Shown piece by piece: positions 48,877-59,663 of a stretch of 64,000 bases of DNA. The stretch is from Deltaproteobacteria bacterium. GTDB taxonomy: Bacteria; UBA10199; JADFYH01. How positions within the stretch are numbered: the first letter of the stretch is position 1; each line of letters starts with the position of its first letter. Below the pieces are notes generated by a model. It had not been told where the DNA came from. It ran no database searches and worked only from the letters and a program-made list of their open reading frames with translations. The position numbers and the translations under genes are program-made. The stretch covers positions 43,102 through 107,101 of the forward strand of contig JADFYH010000002.1 of the NCBI GenBank assembly GCA_015233135.1, read 5' to 3'.

Positions 48877-49485
48877 ATGCCTACAAAAAAACAAACACCA
48901 CTCACTCTTGAACAACTTGAAAAGTTTTATCAAAAAAGAATTGAACCCAGATTTGACAGTCTTGAGAAGGACGTATCGATTCTCAAGACCGACGTATCCA
49001 TTCTCAAGACTGACGTATCCATTCTCAAGACTGACGTATCCATTCTCAAGACTGACGTATCCGTTCTCAAGACTGACGTATCCGTTCTCAAGACTGACGT
49101 ATCCATTCTTAAGACTGAGGTAAATCTGCTTAAAATTGAAACAAGAGAAATGAAAAATGACTTGAGTAATCTCAGTCAGAATTTCCAGGAGTTTAAATCA
49201 GAATCCAGTTCAAGCTTTGATGCCATTGAAAAAAGATGGGATACCATGGATCACGAATACACAGTCATCAAGCATCAATTGAAGGAAATGGACCATAAAA
49301 TGGATAGGATCCAAAATGATACGGCAAAAACAAATTATGACACGATAATTATCCGCCGTGAAATTGAGGAAATAAAAAACAAAATTTATGCCACCGAACT
49401 CCATGCCTCCACTTATGTAGAGTTACGCGACCATGTTAGAATTCTGGAACAACGTATCCAGGTTTTGGAACAAAATAGGATTTGA
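48877..49485 (+). CDS. Coiled-coil protein with a heptad tandem-repeat array (DVSILKT repeated seven times).
   Basis: SD gaggaaaacaatATG. Entirely heptad-periodic. Confidence 0.7.
   Translation: MPTKKQTPLTLEQLEKFYQKRIEPRFDSLEKDVSILKTDVSILKTDVSILKTDVSILKTDVSVLKTDVSVLKTDVSILKTEVNLLKIETREMKNDLSNLSQNFQEFKSESSSSFDAIEKRWDTMDHEYTVIKHQLKEMDHKMDRIQNDTAKTNYDTIIIRREIEEIKNKIYATELHASTYVELRDHVRILEQRIQVLEQNRI
48970..49116 (+). repeat. Seven near-perfect 21-bp tandem repeats (gacgtatccattctcaagact).
   Basis: Seen directly. In frame within the 48877 CDS. Copies differ by 0-2 nt. Confidence 0.9.
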
Positions 49486-49569
49486 ATCAAACAAACAAAT
49501 TGCCACTCCAACATTTTTTTAAAAAAAACTTAGCAACTTTTCTCTCCTCAAATCGATAAAGCCCCCGCT

Positions 49570-50127
49570 ATGGAGATTAATTTTGAACAACTGGCGCATT
49601 TGTTTTTTGATCCAGCAGACCCCTTTGAAAGAAAACTCGGCAACTTGGGGATATTGCCGCAAAGCAGCAAGTTTTGTCAGACTTTGCGGGGTCGAATCCT
49701 TAACGAAAGAAGTACTTGGGAAAACTTGAATCCTGAATTTCCTTTGCCAAGAAGTCTGGGAGTTACCGAGCTGCTCTTCTTCGACAGCAATCACGACCAT
49801 TATTTGAGTGATCAAGAGAGAAATTCTGGACCTAATTTATTTAGAGATATTTGTCCTTCTCCACTTGAATTGGCTCCAGCCAGTACCACATTTTGGTCGC
49901 AGGTCGAACAAGTAAGCGAAAGATTGGAATTAGCAAGGCAAACCCCTCCTCCACAAACTGTAAGTGCAACTAAAAAGGCGGTTTTTGTTCTTACAGGCTT
50001 TACTTGTTTGTTTGGAACATCCAGCCTGGTTCTAGGTTTATTTGGCCATATTCCTCTTCGATCCGCAACATTTGCTGTAGTAGCCTCTTGCGCAATAGGA
50101 ATTGCCTTGCTCGAGTTATCGGAATAA
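49570..50127 (+). CDS. Hypothetical protein with a C-terminal bilobed hydrophobic (two-TM hairpin) domain.
   Basis: C-terminus AVFVLTGFTCLFGTSSLVLGLFGHIPLRSATFAVVASCAIGIALL. Confidence 0.5.
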   Translation: MEINFEQLAHLFFDPADPFERKLGNLGILPQSSKFCQTLRGRILNERSTWENLNPEFPLPRSLGVTELLFFDSNHDHYLSDQERNSGPNLFRDICPSPLELAPASTTFWSQVEQVSERLELARQTPPPQTVSATKKAVFVLTGFTCLFGTSSLVLGLFGHIPLRSATFAVVASCAIGIALLELSE

Positions 50128-50140
50128 TATTTTCCGAATT

Positions 50141-51337
50141 ATGTCTTCCTTTAAACTAATCCGCGTTCCCTATCTGCTTCCTATTTCTGCTGACCCAATC
50201 CAAGAGGCTGCCTTGCTTATCGAGGACGATATCCTCGTCTCAATCGGTAGATTTGAAGAGGTCTGGAAACATCCTCAAAGTAAAACCGCTATTCAAATAG
50301 AACTCCCAGATACTGTGTTGTTGCCTGGTTTTGTCAACGCGCATTGCCATCTGGAACTGACAGCGCTGCAGGGCCTTCAATATCCAGGAAGTTTCAGCGC
50401 CTGGATTACAAAGTTAATCCGCGCAAAATCAGACTTGAGTGTAGAGCAGATTCAAATGGGTTTTCAAAGAGGCCTGGCCTGGCTGTTACAGACCGGTACC
50501 ACGACTGTTGCGGATCATGTCAGTGTGGGGACCGATTGGAGTCTGCTGAAAAAAAGCCCACTTCGTTATCAGATTTTTTTGGAAAGTCTGGGAGTAAATC
50601 CAGAATTGGCAGAACAGATTTATGAACTGGGTGAAAAAAGTGAAGTCCCTCACATTCACCTTTCCCCTCATTCGGTGCACGCCCTGCATCCACCTCTTTT
50701 GGAAAAGTTATTGAAATCTTCACGCCCTCTTTTCTCCATTCATCTGGCAGAAAGTAAAGAGGAGGAAGAATATTTTAAAAGGGGATCTGGAAAGTTGTTT
50801 GAGTTTATTCGGGAGAAAAATCCAAAGTCATGGTTCGAGAACCTCACCATGTCCAGTATTCAATATTTAAACAAAAAAAAATTGCTCTCAGATAAAATCC
50901 TTGCGATTCATTGCAACTACGTGGATGACGAAGATATTCAACTGCTTCAAAAACATAAGATGAGCGTCGTCCATTGTCCCAGCTCCCATGCCTATTTTGG
51001 ACATCAGCGTTTCGAACTGGAAAAGTTAAGACAAGCCGGACTCAATATCGCCTTGGGAACGGATTCTCTCAGCTCAGGGGATTCTCTTTCGATGCTCGAT
51101 CAAGTGCGTCTGGCCCGAAAAAATTATCCGGAAATTCCGGCCAGCGAATGGTTGAGAATGCTGACCCTGAATGGAGCCCGAGCCCTAAAAATGGAAAGAG
51201 AAATTGGAAGTTTGGAGCTAGGAAAAAAAGCCGATATCATTGGTTTTAAATTTTCAAATTTTTCTGGTATTCTGGAAGATCTGGCGGAGAATGTTTTGGA
51301 AAAGAAACAAGTGGATTTTATATTGGAGGACACATGA
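50141..51337 (+). CDS. Amidohydrolase-family deaminase (MtaD / aminodeoxyfutalosine deaminase-like).
   Basis: LLPGFVNAHCHLELT metal-binding motif. About 400 aa. Confidence 0.75.
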   Translation: MSSFKLIRVPYLLPISADPIQEAALLIEDDILVSIGRFEEVWKHPQSKTAIQIELPDTVLLPGFVNAHCHLELTALQGLQYPGSFSAWITKLIRAKSDLSVEQIQMGFQRGLAWLLQTGTTTVADHVSVGTDWSLLKKSPLRYQIFLESLGVNPELAEQIYELGEKSEVPHIHLSPHSVHALHPPLLEKLLKSSRPLFSIHLAESKEEEEYFKRGSGKLFEFIREKNPKSWFENLTMSSIQYLNKKKLLSDKILAIHCNYVDDEDIQLLQKHKMSVVHCPSSHAYFGHQRFELEKLRQAGLNIALGTDSLSSGDSLSMLDQVRLARKNYPEIPASEWLRMLTLNGARALKMEREIGSLELGKKADIIGFKFSNFSGILEDLAENVLEKKQVDFILEDT

Positions 51338-51948
51338 TGACTCAACTTTGGCACGACATGATGAGCCTCGACCTCCCTATTTTGGAAAAAATTCTGCGCG
51401 CTGTTTTGGTTTATGCCTTCCTCATTGTCGCACTGCGACTTGCCGGAAAACGCGAGTTGGCGCAGCTCAACCCTTTCGATTTGGTGGTACTGCTCACCCT
51501 TTCCAATACGGTACAAAATGCCATTATCGGCAATGACAATTCGGTGAGCGGCGGATTAATTGGTGCAGCCACTTTATTGGGCATCAACTACATCGTGATT
51601 CGTTTTCTTTACAGCCATGATAAAATCGATCGTTTTGTAGAAGGTTCTCCCAGTTTACTGATTGAAGACGGAAAAGTTATCTATTCTACCCTTAAAGAGG
51701 AACTCATTACTCTGGCCGAACTGGAAGCCGCAGCCCATAAACAGGGCTTTGGATCCTTAAGCCAGATTGAAAGAGGGGTGTTAGAATCAGGGGGTTCTAT
51801 TTCTTTTATCGGAAAACAGCCTAATCCGGATGAAATCCGGCATCAGGAATTAATGCTTCAGCTTCAAGATTTAAAAAATGAAATTAATAATTTAAAAAAC
51901 CGACTTGTTCCCAAAGATTCTGTTGAGTTGATTGACAAAAAAAGGTGA
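51334..51948 (+). CDS. DUF421 (YetF-like) membrane protein.
   Basis: NPFDLVVLLTLSNTVQNAIIG is the DUF421 core. Confidence 0.65.
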   Translation: MMTQLWHDMMSLDLPILEKILRAVLVYAFLIVALRLAGKRELAQLNPFDLVVLLTLSNTVQNAIIGNDNSVSGGLIGAATLLGINYIVIRFLYSHDKIDRFVEGSPSLLIEDGKVIYSTLKEELITLAELEAAAHKQGFGSLSQIERGVLESGGSISFIGKQPNPDEIRHQELMLQLQDLKNEINNLKNRLVPKDSVELIDKKR

Positions 51949-52004
51949 GCCCGCTAATCGAGCGTCTGTTGTCTCTGGTATTTTTTTAAAAAAAGGATTC
52001 CATT

Positions 52005-53048
52005 TTGGCTCACTCTATTACCTACAAAGACGCAGGCGTCGACATTGATGCAGGCAACCAGTTTGTCCAGCGTATCAAACCCTTAATTCAAAAAACGCAG
52101 CGCACCGAAGTGATCTCCAGTCTGGGAGGTTATGCGGGGCTGTTTTCCATCAATATCCTGAAATATAAAGATCCTGTTTTGGTTTCCACCACCGATGGCG
52201 TAGGCACCAAACTGAAGCTTGCCTTGGAGTTGGGGCGCTACAAGGGTCTGGGTCAAGATTTGGTGGGAATGTGTGTGAACGATTTACTTTGTGTTGGGGC
52301 CGAACCCCTTTTCTTTCTGGATTATTTTGCCACCGGTAAATTGGATATTGATATCGCTGTCGAAGTCATCGAGGGCATCACGGAGTGTCTGAAAAATATC
52401 AACTGCACCCTCATCGGCGGTGAAACGGCTGAAATGCCGGGTTTGTATCAAACGAAAGATTTTGATCTTGCGGGCTTTGCCGTAGGCATCGTGAACCGCG
52501 GAGAAATGATCGATGGCTCCAGTATTTCTATCGGTAATAAAATTATTGGCTTGGCTTCCAGTGGAGTACATTCCAATGGTTTTTCCCTGGTGAGAAAACT
52601 GATTCAGGAGGCCCAGGTTAATCTTGAACAACACGATAACGATTTGAAACAAAGCCTGGGGGCAGCGCTCCTGGAACCCACTCGCATTTATGTCAATTCC
52701 ATCCTTGCGCTCAAAAGACAATTCAACGTGTTGGGTTTGGCGCATATCACGGGAGGGGGCCTGCTTGAAAATCCTCCCCGCATCTTTCCCAAACAGTGCA
52801 AAGGCATTTTTAATTTAAAATCCTGGGAAAGGCCGCTGCTGTTTAAAAAGCTTCAGGCCTGGGGGAATATCAGTGAAGAAGAAATGTTGCGCGTCTTCAA
52901 CTGCGGAATTGGAATGATTCTGGTGGTAGAGGCAAACCAGGCTGAGGAGGCGGTAAGCCGCCTGGCGGGCTTGGGAGAACAGGCCTGGATTATTGGGGAA
53001 ATCGCAGAACGTAACGCGGGAGAAGGAGCGGTCTCTTTTGTGGGGTAA
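52005..53048 (+). CDS. purM: Phosphoribosylformylglycinamidine cyclo-ligase (AIR synthetase).
   Basis: YKDAGVDIDAGN N-terminus. 347 aa. Confidence 0.95.
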   Translation: MAHSITYKDAGVDIDAGNQFVQRIKPLIQKTQRTEVISSLGGYAGLFSINILKYKDPVLVSTTDGVGTKLKLALELGRYKGLGQDLVGMCVNDLLCVGAEPLFFLDYFATGKLDIDIAVEVIEGITECLKNINCTLIGGETAEMPGLYQTKDFDLAGFAVGIVNRGEMIDGSSISIGNKIIGLASSGVHSNGFSLVRKLIQEAQVNLEQHDNDLKQSLGAALLEPTRIYVNSILALKRQFNVLGLAHITGGGLLENPPRIFPKQCKGIFNLKSWERPLLFKKLQAWGNISEEEMLRVFNCGIGMILVVEANQAEEAVSRLAGLGEQAWIIGEIAERNAGEGAVSFVG

Positions 53049-53049
53049 A

Positions 53050-53688
53050 ATGTCTCGACTCAAACTCGGAGTATTAGTTTCAGGAAATGGCAGCAATCTT
53101 CAAGCAATCCTGGATGCCATCGGTTCAGGCTTGCTGCAAGCGGAGCTGCGGCTTGTTGTATCCGATAATCCAAAAGCCTATGCACTAGAGCGCGCCCAAA
53201 AAGCAGGAATTCCTTTTGCGATTATAGAAAAAAAGAATTTTGAAAATAAAACTTTATTTGAAAAGGCACTCATCAGTTTTCTCAAAAAAGCAGAAGTCGA
53301 TTGGGTGGTACTCGCCGGCTTCATGAAAATTTTAAGCGCAGATTTTTTGAATGAATTTCCTTCTCGAATAGTCAACATCCACCCTTCCCTACTCCCCACT
53401 TTTCCGGGTTTGAATGCGATTGAACAGGCCTGGAATTATGGAGTGAAGGTGACGGGCTGCACGGTGCATTTAGTGGACGAAGGTTGCGATACAGGCCCGA
53501 TTTTGGGACAAACTCCAGTGTTAGTAGAAGCTGAAGATAATCTGGAAAGTTTAACAAAAAAAATTCATGCAGCGGAGCATGAGCTTTATCCGAGAGTACT
53601 GCAAAATTTAGTAATAAAGAATTCGGAATCCTGTAGGGGCGGTGCCTCTGTGCCCGCCCGCACTCAGCCGTACTTTGAGCCAAAATGA
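53050..53688 (+). CDS. purN: Phosphoribosylglycinamide formyltransferase.
   Basis: LKLGVLVSGNGSNLQAILDA, NIHPSLLP motifs. Start placed 2 nt after the purM stop. Confidence 0.9.
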   Translation: MSRLKLGVLVSGNGSNLQAILDAIGSGLLQAELRLVVSDNPKAYALERAQKAGIPFAIIEKKNFENKTLFEKALISFLKKAEVDWVVLAGFMKILSADFLNEFPSRIVNIHPSLLPTFPGLNAIEQAWNYGVKVTGCTVHLVDEGCDTGPILGQTPVLVEAEDNLESLTKKIHAAEHELYPRVLQNLVIKNSESCRGGASVPARTQPYFEPK

Positions 53689-53738
53689 AAGGCCAAATTA
53701 CGGGCGACCACGGAGGGATCGCCCCTACAAAAAAACAC

Positions 53739-54305
53739 ATGAAGAACATATTATCACTACTCCTTTTGTTTTTAACTTTATTAATTTTTTCTCAAAATGT
53801 CCAAGCCCGCCACGGCTATGCCTTCTCCGCCTATGGTGGCGGGGCATTCAGTTTAACAAACACCTTTCCAGATTTAGATATGGGGGCAGGAGGAGGCATT
53901 GCCCTCGATTGGCGTTTCAACCAGCGCTGGGCCCTCAGCACACGCCTGGCGGTATTTGAGCATGACGGCGAAGGGCTTTCTAAAGGCAATAACGGGATGT
54001 TGTTTTTGAACTTGCCGGATGTGCTCTTGAAATTTCATTTTTTTGGGGATGAAAAAAGATTTGATCCTTATGCCTTGGCGGGGATTGGCTTGGGAGTACT
54101 GACGGGTGGCAGCAAAGGCGACAACTCCGCCGGAGCGGGGCTTACTGCAACGGTAGGAATAGGTGCAGATTATTATCTCAGTGATTCTTTTTCTTTGGGT
54201 CTCTCCGGCGAATTTAAAACCTTTGGTTTGATTCGTAGTGATTCGGAATCTTCGGCCCTCATCTTCATCTCGGCTTTGGGGCATGTGAGTTGGCATTTTA
54301 AATAA
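53739..54305 (+). CDS. Outer-membrane beta-barrel protein (OmpA-like/OmpW-like porin family) with signal peptide.
   Basis: MKNILSLLLLFLTLLIFSQNVQA signal. Alternating beta-strand pattern. C-terminal aromatic residue (F). Confidence 0.65.
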   Translation: MKNILSLLLLFLTLLIFSQNVQARHGYAFSAYGGGAFSLTNTFPDLDMGAGGGIALDWRFNQRWALSTRLAVFEHDGEGLSKGNNGMLFLNLPDVLLKFHFFGDEKRFDPYALAGIGLGVLTGGSKGDNSAGAGLTATVGIGADYYLSDSFSLGLSGEFKTFGLIRSDSESSALIFISALGHVSWHFK

Positions 54306-54317
54306 ATAGAGGTTCTC

Positions 54318-55835
54318 TTGGCAGAAAAATTTTGTGACATTTTAATTGTAGGCTGTGAACTCCCTGGTCTTATTGCGGGAGCCTTCCTCGCAAAACGAGG
54401 CCTGTCCGTGACTGTTTTAAATACAGATCAGGATGTAGGAGTTCAGAAAAAAAACATCCAGCCGAATCTGATTTCCCATTTGGACAGTCGGCTTTTCAAA
54501 ACTATTTTAGGAAGACTTTCCATTTCTGATTCCGAACTTGGCATCGTCAACCGCTACGACACGCCTTTTCAGGTGGTGATGCCCAAGCATCGAATTGATG
54601 TCACTGTTCAGCGCGACGCCTTTTATCACGAATTGAAGCGGGAATTTGTTCATCAAGCCGATGCCATTCGTTCTTTTTATTCAAGTTTGGATGAATTGGA
54701 TATTTCGCTGGATGACGAAAAACTTCAATCGCTTCTCTTACCGCGTGGTCCCTTTCAACATTACAAACTTTATAAGTACATCAAGGCAAATCACCTCGAT
54801 TTAACCATCGAAGATTGGATGCAAAGCCTGAATCTCAACCAGGAGATTGCCTGTTTTCTACAAGCTCAAATCAAAACCCTTTCCAATTTACACGTAGAAA
54901 AACCCTTTTCTTATTTGTTGGCGAAACTACTCGCTAATCAAAACACGGTGCTTTTTGATGTGAAGGGTGGCATCGGGCAGTTGAAAAAAATATTTTTGAA
55001 CAAGATCGAAGCCTATTCTGGAAAAGTAAAAAATGATGTGAAGATTGAGAACATCCTCATCGAAAAGCAACGCGCAAAGGGCGTAAAACTGGGTGGATTC
55101 GAAGGGCTGATTGCCTGTAAATATCTTTTATGGAACGAACCTTCCGCGCAAATTGAACCCTGGTTACCCAAAAATTTTCTTTCCAAATGGCTCATTCGAA
55201 AAATTCAGAAAGTAAAACCCCAATATTATCGTTTCAGCATCCAGTATGATGTCGATCCGGATATCATTCCCGTGGGCATGAAAGGCAATGTGCTGCTGGT
55301 GCAAGATCCTGACAAAGAATTGCTGGCTGAAAACTTTTTGCACCTGCATTTTTATTATCCCAAAGAGGCGGAAAGCCCTTCTCCTTACAAGACCCTGCTC
55401 GTTACCTATTTATTGCCGGTTGGCGACCACACACAAAATGAAGAGTGGTTTGGCAATCTGCATCAGCGCATCACGGAACAGCTTCAGGATTTGATGCCCT
55501 TTAGCCAGGGCCGTATTCATCTCCGCTTTCCCAAGTCGGATGAAAAGATTGAATCCAACGATTTGCTCTTCCCCCTCGAAGACCCGGATTTTGTGGTGTT
55601 TAAATCCAATGCCTTGCAAAATCCGGTCTATGAAGTGAAGGCCCATCGTTTTCAACATCTCTTCCCTTTCCCCAATCGAAGTTTCATCCGGGGGCTCATT
55701 CTTTGCGGCTCAGAAATCCTCGCCTGCCTAGGCTTTGAAGGCGCATTTTTATTGGGTTTGAAGACCACCGATTATGTCTGGACCGAATTTGAATTGCGCA
55801 AGAAAAAGGGATTAAAGCAGAGGAGGATTGCCTGA
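54318..55835 (+). CDS. FAD/NAD(P)-dependent oxidoreductase (phytoene-desaturase-like fold).
   Basis: N-terminal DILIVGCELPGLIAGAFLAKRG dinucleotide-binding motif. Confidence 0.6.
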   Translation: MAEKFCDILIVGCELPGLIAGAFLAKRGLSVTVLNTDQDVGVQKKNIQPNLISHLDSRLFKTILGRLSISDSELGIVNRYDTPFQVVMPKHRIDVTVQRDAFYHELKREFVHQADAIRSFYSSLDELDISLDDEKLQSLLLPRGPFQHYKLYKYIKANHLDLTIEDWMQSLNLNQEIACFLQAQIKTLSNLHVEKPFSYLLAKLLANQNTVLFDVKGGIGQLKKIFLNKIEAYSGKVKNDVKIENILIEKQRAKGVKLGGFEGLIACKYLLWNEPSAQIEPWLPKNFLSKWLIRKIQKVKPQYYRFSIQYDVDPDIIPVGMKGNVLLVQDPDKELLAENFLHLHFYYPKEAESPSPYKTLLVTYLLPVGDHTQNEEWFGNLHQRITEQLQDLMPFSQGRIHLRFPKSDEKIESNDLLFPLEDPDFVVFKSNALQNPVYEVKAHRFQHLFPFPNRSFIRGLILCGSEILACLGFEGAFLLGLKTTDYVWTEFELRKKKGLKQRRIA

Positions 55836-55843
55836 TAAAGCAG

Positions 55844-55990
55844 ATTAGACTTCTTGCATAAATCGCTGCACAACCCAATTGCGGCGTTGCGGTATCCAAA
55901 AAATCCTCATTTGCAGTAGCAAACTCCGGTATTTTAGACCCTCCGCGCCTTGCACTTGGGTCGTTCGCTGATTTATGCAAGAAGTCTAAT
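55844..55990. repeat. 21-bp perfect inverted repeat (attagacttcttgcataaatc / gatttatgcaagaagtctaat) enclosing about 105 bp between convergent genes.
   Basis: Seen directly. Arms abut the stops of the 54318 gene and guaA. Confidence 0.6.
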
Positions 55991-55992
55991 AT

Positions 55993-57530
55993 TTATTCCC
56001 ACTCAATCGTAGCCGGAGGTTTCGACGAAATATCGTAGACCACACGATTCACGCCCTTCACTTCATTGATGATTCGATTTGAAATTCTCGAGAGCAAATC
56101 TGTGGGCAAGTCTACCCAATCGGCGGTCATGCCATCGCTGCTGCTCACGCAACGCAAGGCGATCACGTTTTCGTAAGTACGTTCATCCCCCATTACTCCT
56201 ACGGTTTTAATGGGCAAAAGGACGGCAAACGATTGCCACACCTGGGTATACCAGCCTGCCGCACGAATTTCGGACACTACAATTTCATCGGCGTTGCGCA
56301 AAATTTCCAAACGCTCGAATGTAACATCCCCTAAAATACGAATGGCCAAACCTGGCCCTGGAAAGGGCTGGCGGCTGATGAGCTCTTCGGGGATACCCAT
56401 TTTTCGGCCCATGACGCGCACTTCGTCTTTAAAAAGCTCTCGCAAAGGTTCTATCAATTGGAGTCCCATTTTATCCGGCAAGCCACCGACGTTGTGATGA
56501 GATTTGATCACGGCAGACGGGCCTTTGAAGGAAACGCTCTCTATCACATCGGGATATAAAGTCCCCTGAACCAAAAACTGTGAACCCCGAACTTTCTTGG
56601 CTTCCTCTTCAAAAATGTAGATGAATTCGTTTCCAATCCGCTTACGCTTTGTCTCAGGGTCTTCTACGCCACTTAACACTTTTAGGAATCTCTCAGAAGC
56701 ATCAATGTATTGCAGAGGGATGTGCAGATGCTCTCTAAAAAGTTTTTGAACTTTTTCACCTTCATTCTTTCGAAGCACGCCGTTGTTGATAAAAATACAG
56801 GTGAGCTGGTCGCCAATCGCTTTATGCACAAGATGCGCCGCTACCGTAGAATCGACGCCACCTGAGGTCGCACAAATCACTTTAGCCGACCCTACTTGTT
56901 TGCGAATGCGTTCGATTTCACCTTGCGCAAAATCTTCCAGATTCCAGTCGGGCTTGCAGCCGGCAATTTTAAACAGAAAATTTTTGAGGATTTGTTCTCC
57001 CCGTTCCGTATGCGTTACTTCGGGATGAAACTGAACCGCATAGTGTTGAGAAGCGACAGATCCCATAGCAGCAACAAGACCATTGTCGGATTTGGCAAGA
57101 ATCTCGAAACCCGCTGGCACTTGAGTAACATGATCTCCGTGGCTCATCCAAACTTTCATCCTCCCCTCATCTACCCTATCTGAAAACAACAGGCCCTCTT
57201 TCAAAATCTCAATCCGGGCCCGACCATACTCTCGTGTCAAACCCGCTTCCACTTTTCCACCTAAAGTTTTCCCCATCAACTGCATGCCATAACAAATCCC
57301 CAGCATGGGAATTTTTAAATCAAAAAACCCCGCGGGCATTTGCGGGGCATCTGCAGCGTAAACGCTGGAAGGTCCACCAGACAGGATAATGGCTTTTGCG
57401 TTAAAATTTTTGATTTTTTCGAGAGAAATATTGAAAGGATGAATCTCGCTATACACCCCATTTTCACGGATGCGGCGGGCGATGAGTTGAGTGTATTGGG
57501 AACCGAAATCGAGGATGAGGATTTTATTCA

Positions 57531-57531
<1 letters not shown>
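55993..57531 (-). CDS. guaA: GMP synthase (glutamine-hydrolysing).
   Basis: 512 aa. GATase and ATP-PPase domains (SGGVDSTV). Confidence 0.95.
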
Positions 57532-59009
<1,478 letters not shown>

Positions 59010-59093
59010 TTATAGGGCAGCTTTGTGGGTGTCAAGATCTGTCAGATCAAAAGCTCGACTTTTTTAAAAAAGTCAATAAAGCTAATACGTAAG

Positions 59094-59663
59094 ATGATAC
59101 TCAAGTTCAAATCTAGAGACCCAAGAAGAAATTTACCAATAGACCTCTACCGTAAAAGAGGCGAATCCAATTTTGTTGGCTTATTTGAACGTGCATTTTT
59201 GCAAGAAAACAAAAAAGGCGTCGGTGGCCGCCAATTTGCTGTGTCTGGTTTTGGTGTTGCTGACTTTATCTGGCTCAACCTTTCTGGTTTATCGTCTTTT
59301 AAAAATAACAAAGATATTAATCCAATTGATTTTTTTAAAAATCACCCTCTCATGGCTTTTGAAATGAAGCTTGGTGATTGGAAACGGGCTCTGCATCAAG
59401 CTTACCGATACTCTTATTTTGCTGACCACGTCGTTGTGGTCTTACCAATGAATAAAACTACAGCGGCATGTAACAATCTTGCTCTCTTCAAATATCTGGA
59501 TATTGGTTTATGGGGTCTGGACTCTGATAAAACTATCACTAAATTTTTCACTTCCCATTCTTCAGTCGCAAAAAGTGAAAATGCACGCAACAAAGCTGTT
59601 GATTTAATTGGTCGGAAAATCAATTTCCGCATGTTTGCGGAACAAGCGCAAAGCTTCCTCTAA
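59094..59663 (+). CDS. Hypothetical protein with a possible PD-(D/E)xK-like motif (start uncertain).
   Basis: GVADFIWLN ... AFEMKLGDWKRA gives a D ... E-x-K arrangement. AT-rich. No SD. Confidence 0.35.
   Translation: MILKFKSRDPRRNLPIDLYRKRGESNFVGLFERAFLQENKKGVGGRQFAVSGFGVADFIWLNLSGLSSFKNNKDINPIDFFKNHPLMAFEMKLGDWKRALHQAYRYSYFADHVVVVLPMNKTTAACNNLALFKYLDIGLWGLDSDKTITKFFTSHSSVAKSENARNKAVDLIGRKINFRMFAEQAQSFL

Noticed and set aside
48970-49116. CRISPR array.
   Set aside because: Repeats are directly abutting 21-bp units with no spacers, lie in frame in a CDS, and no cas genes are present.
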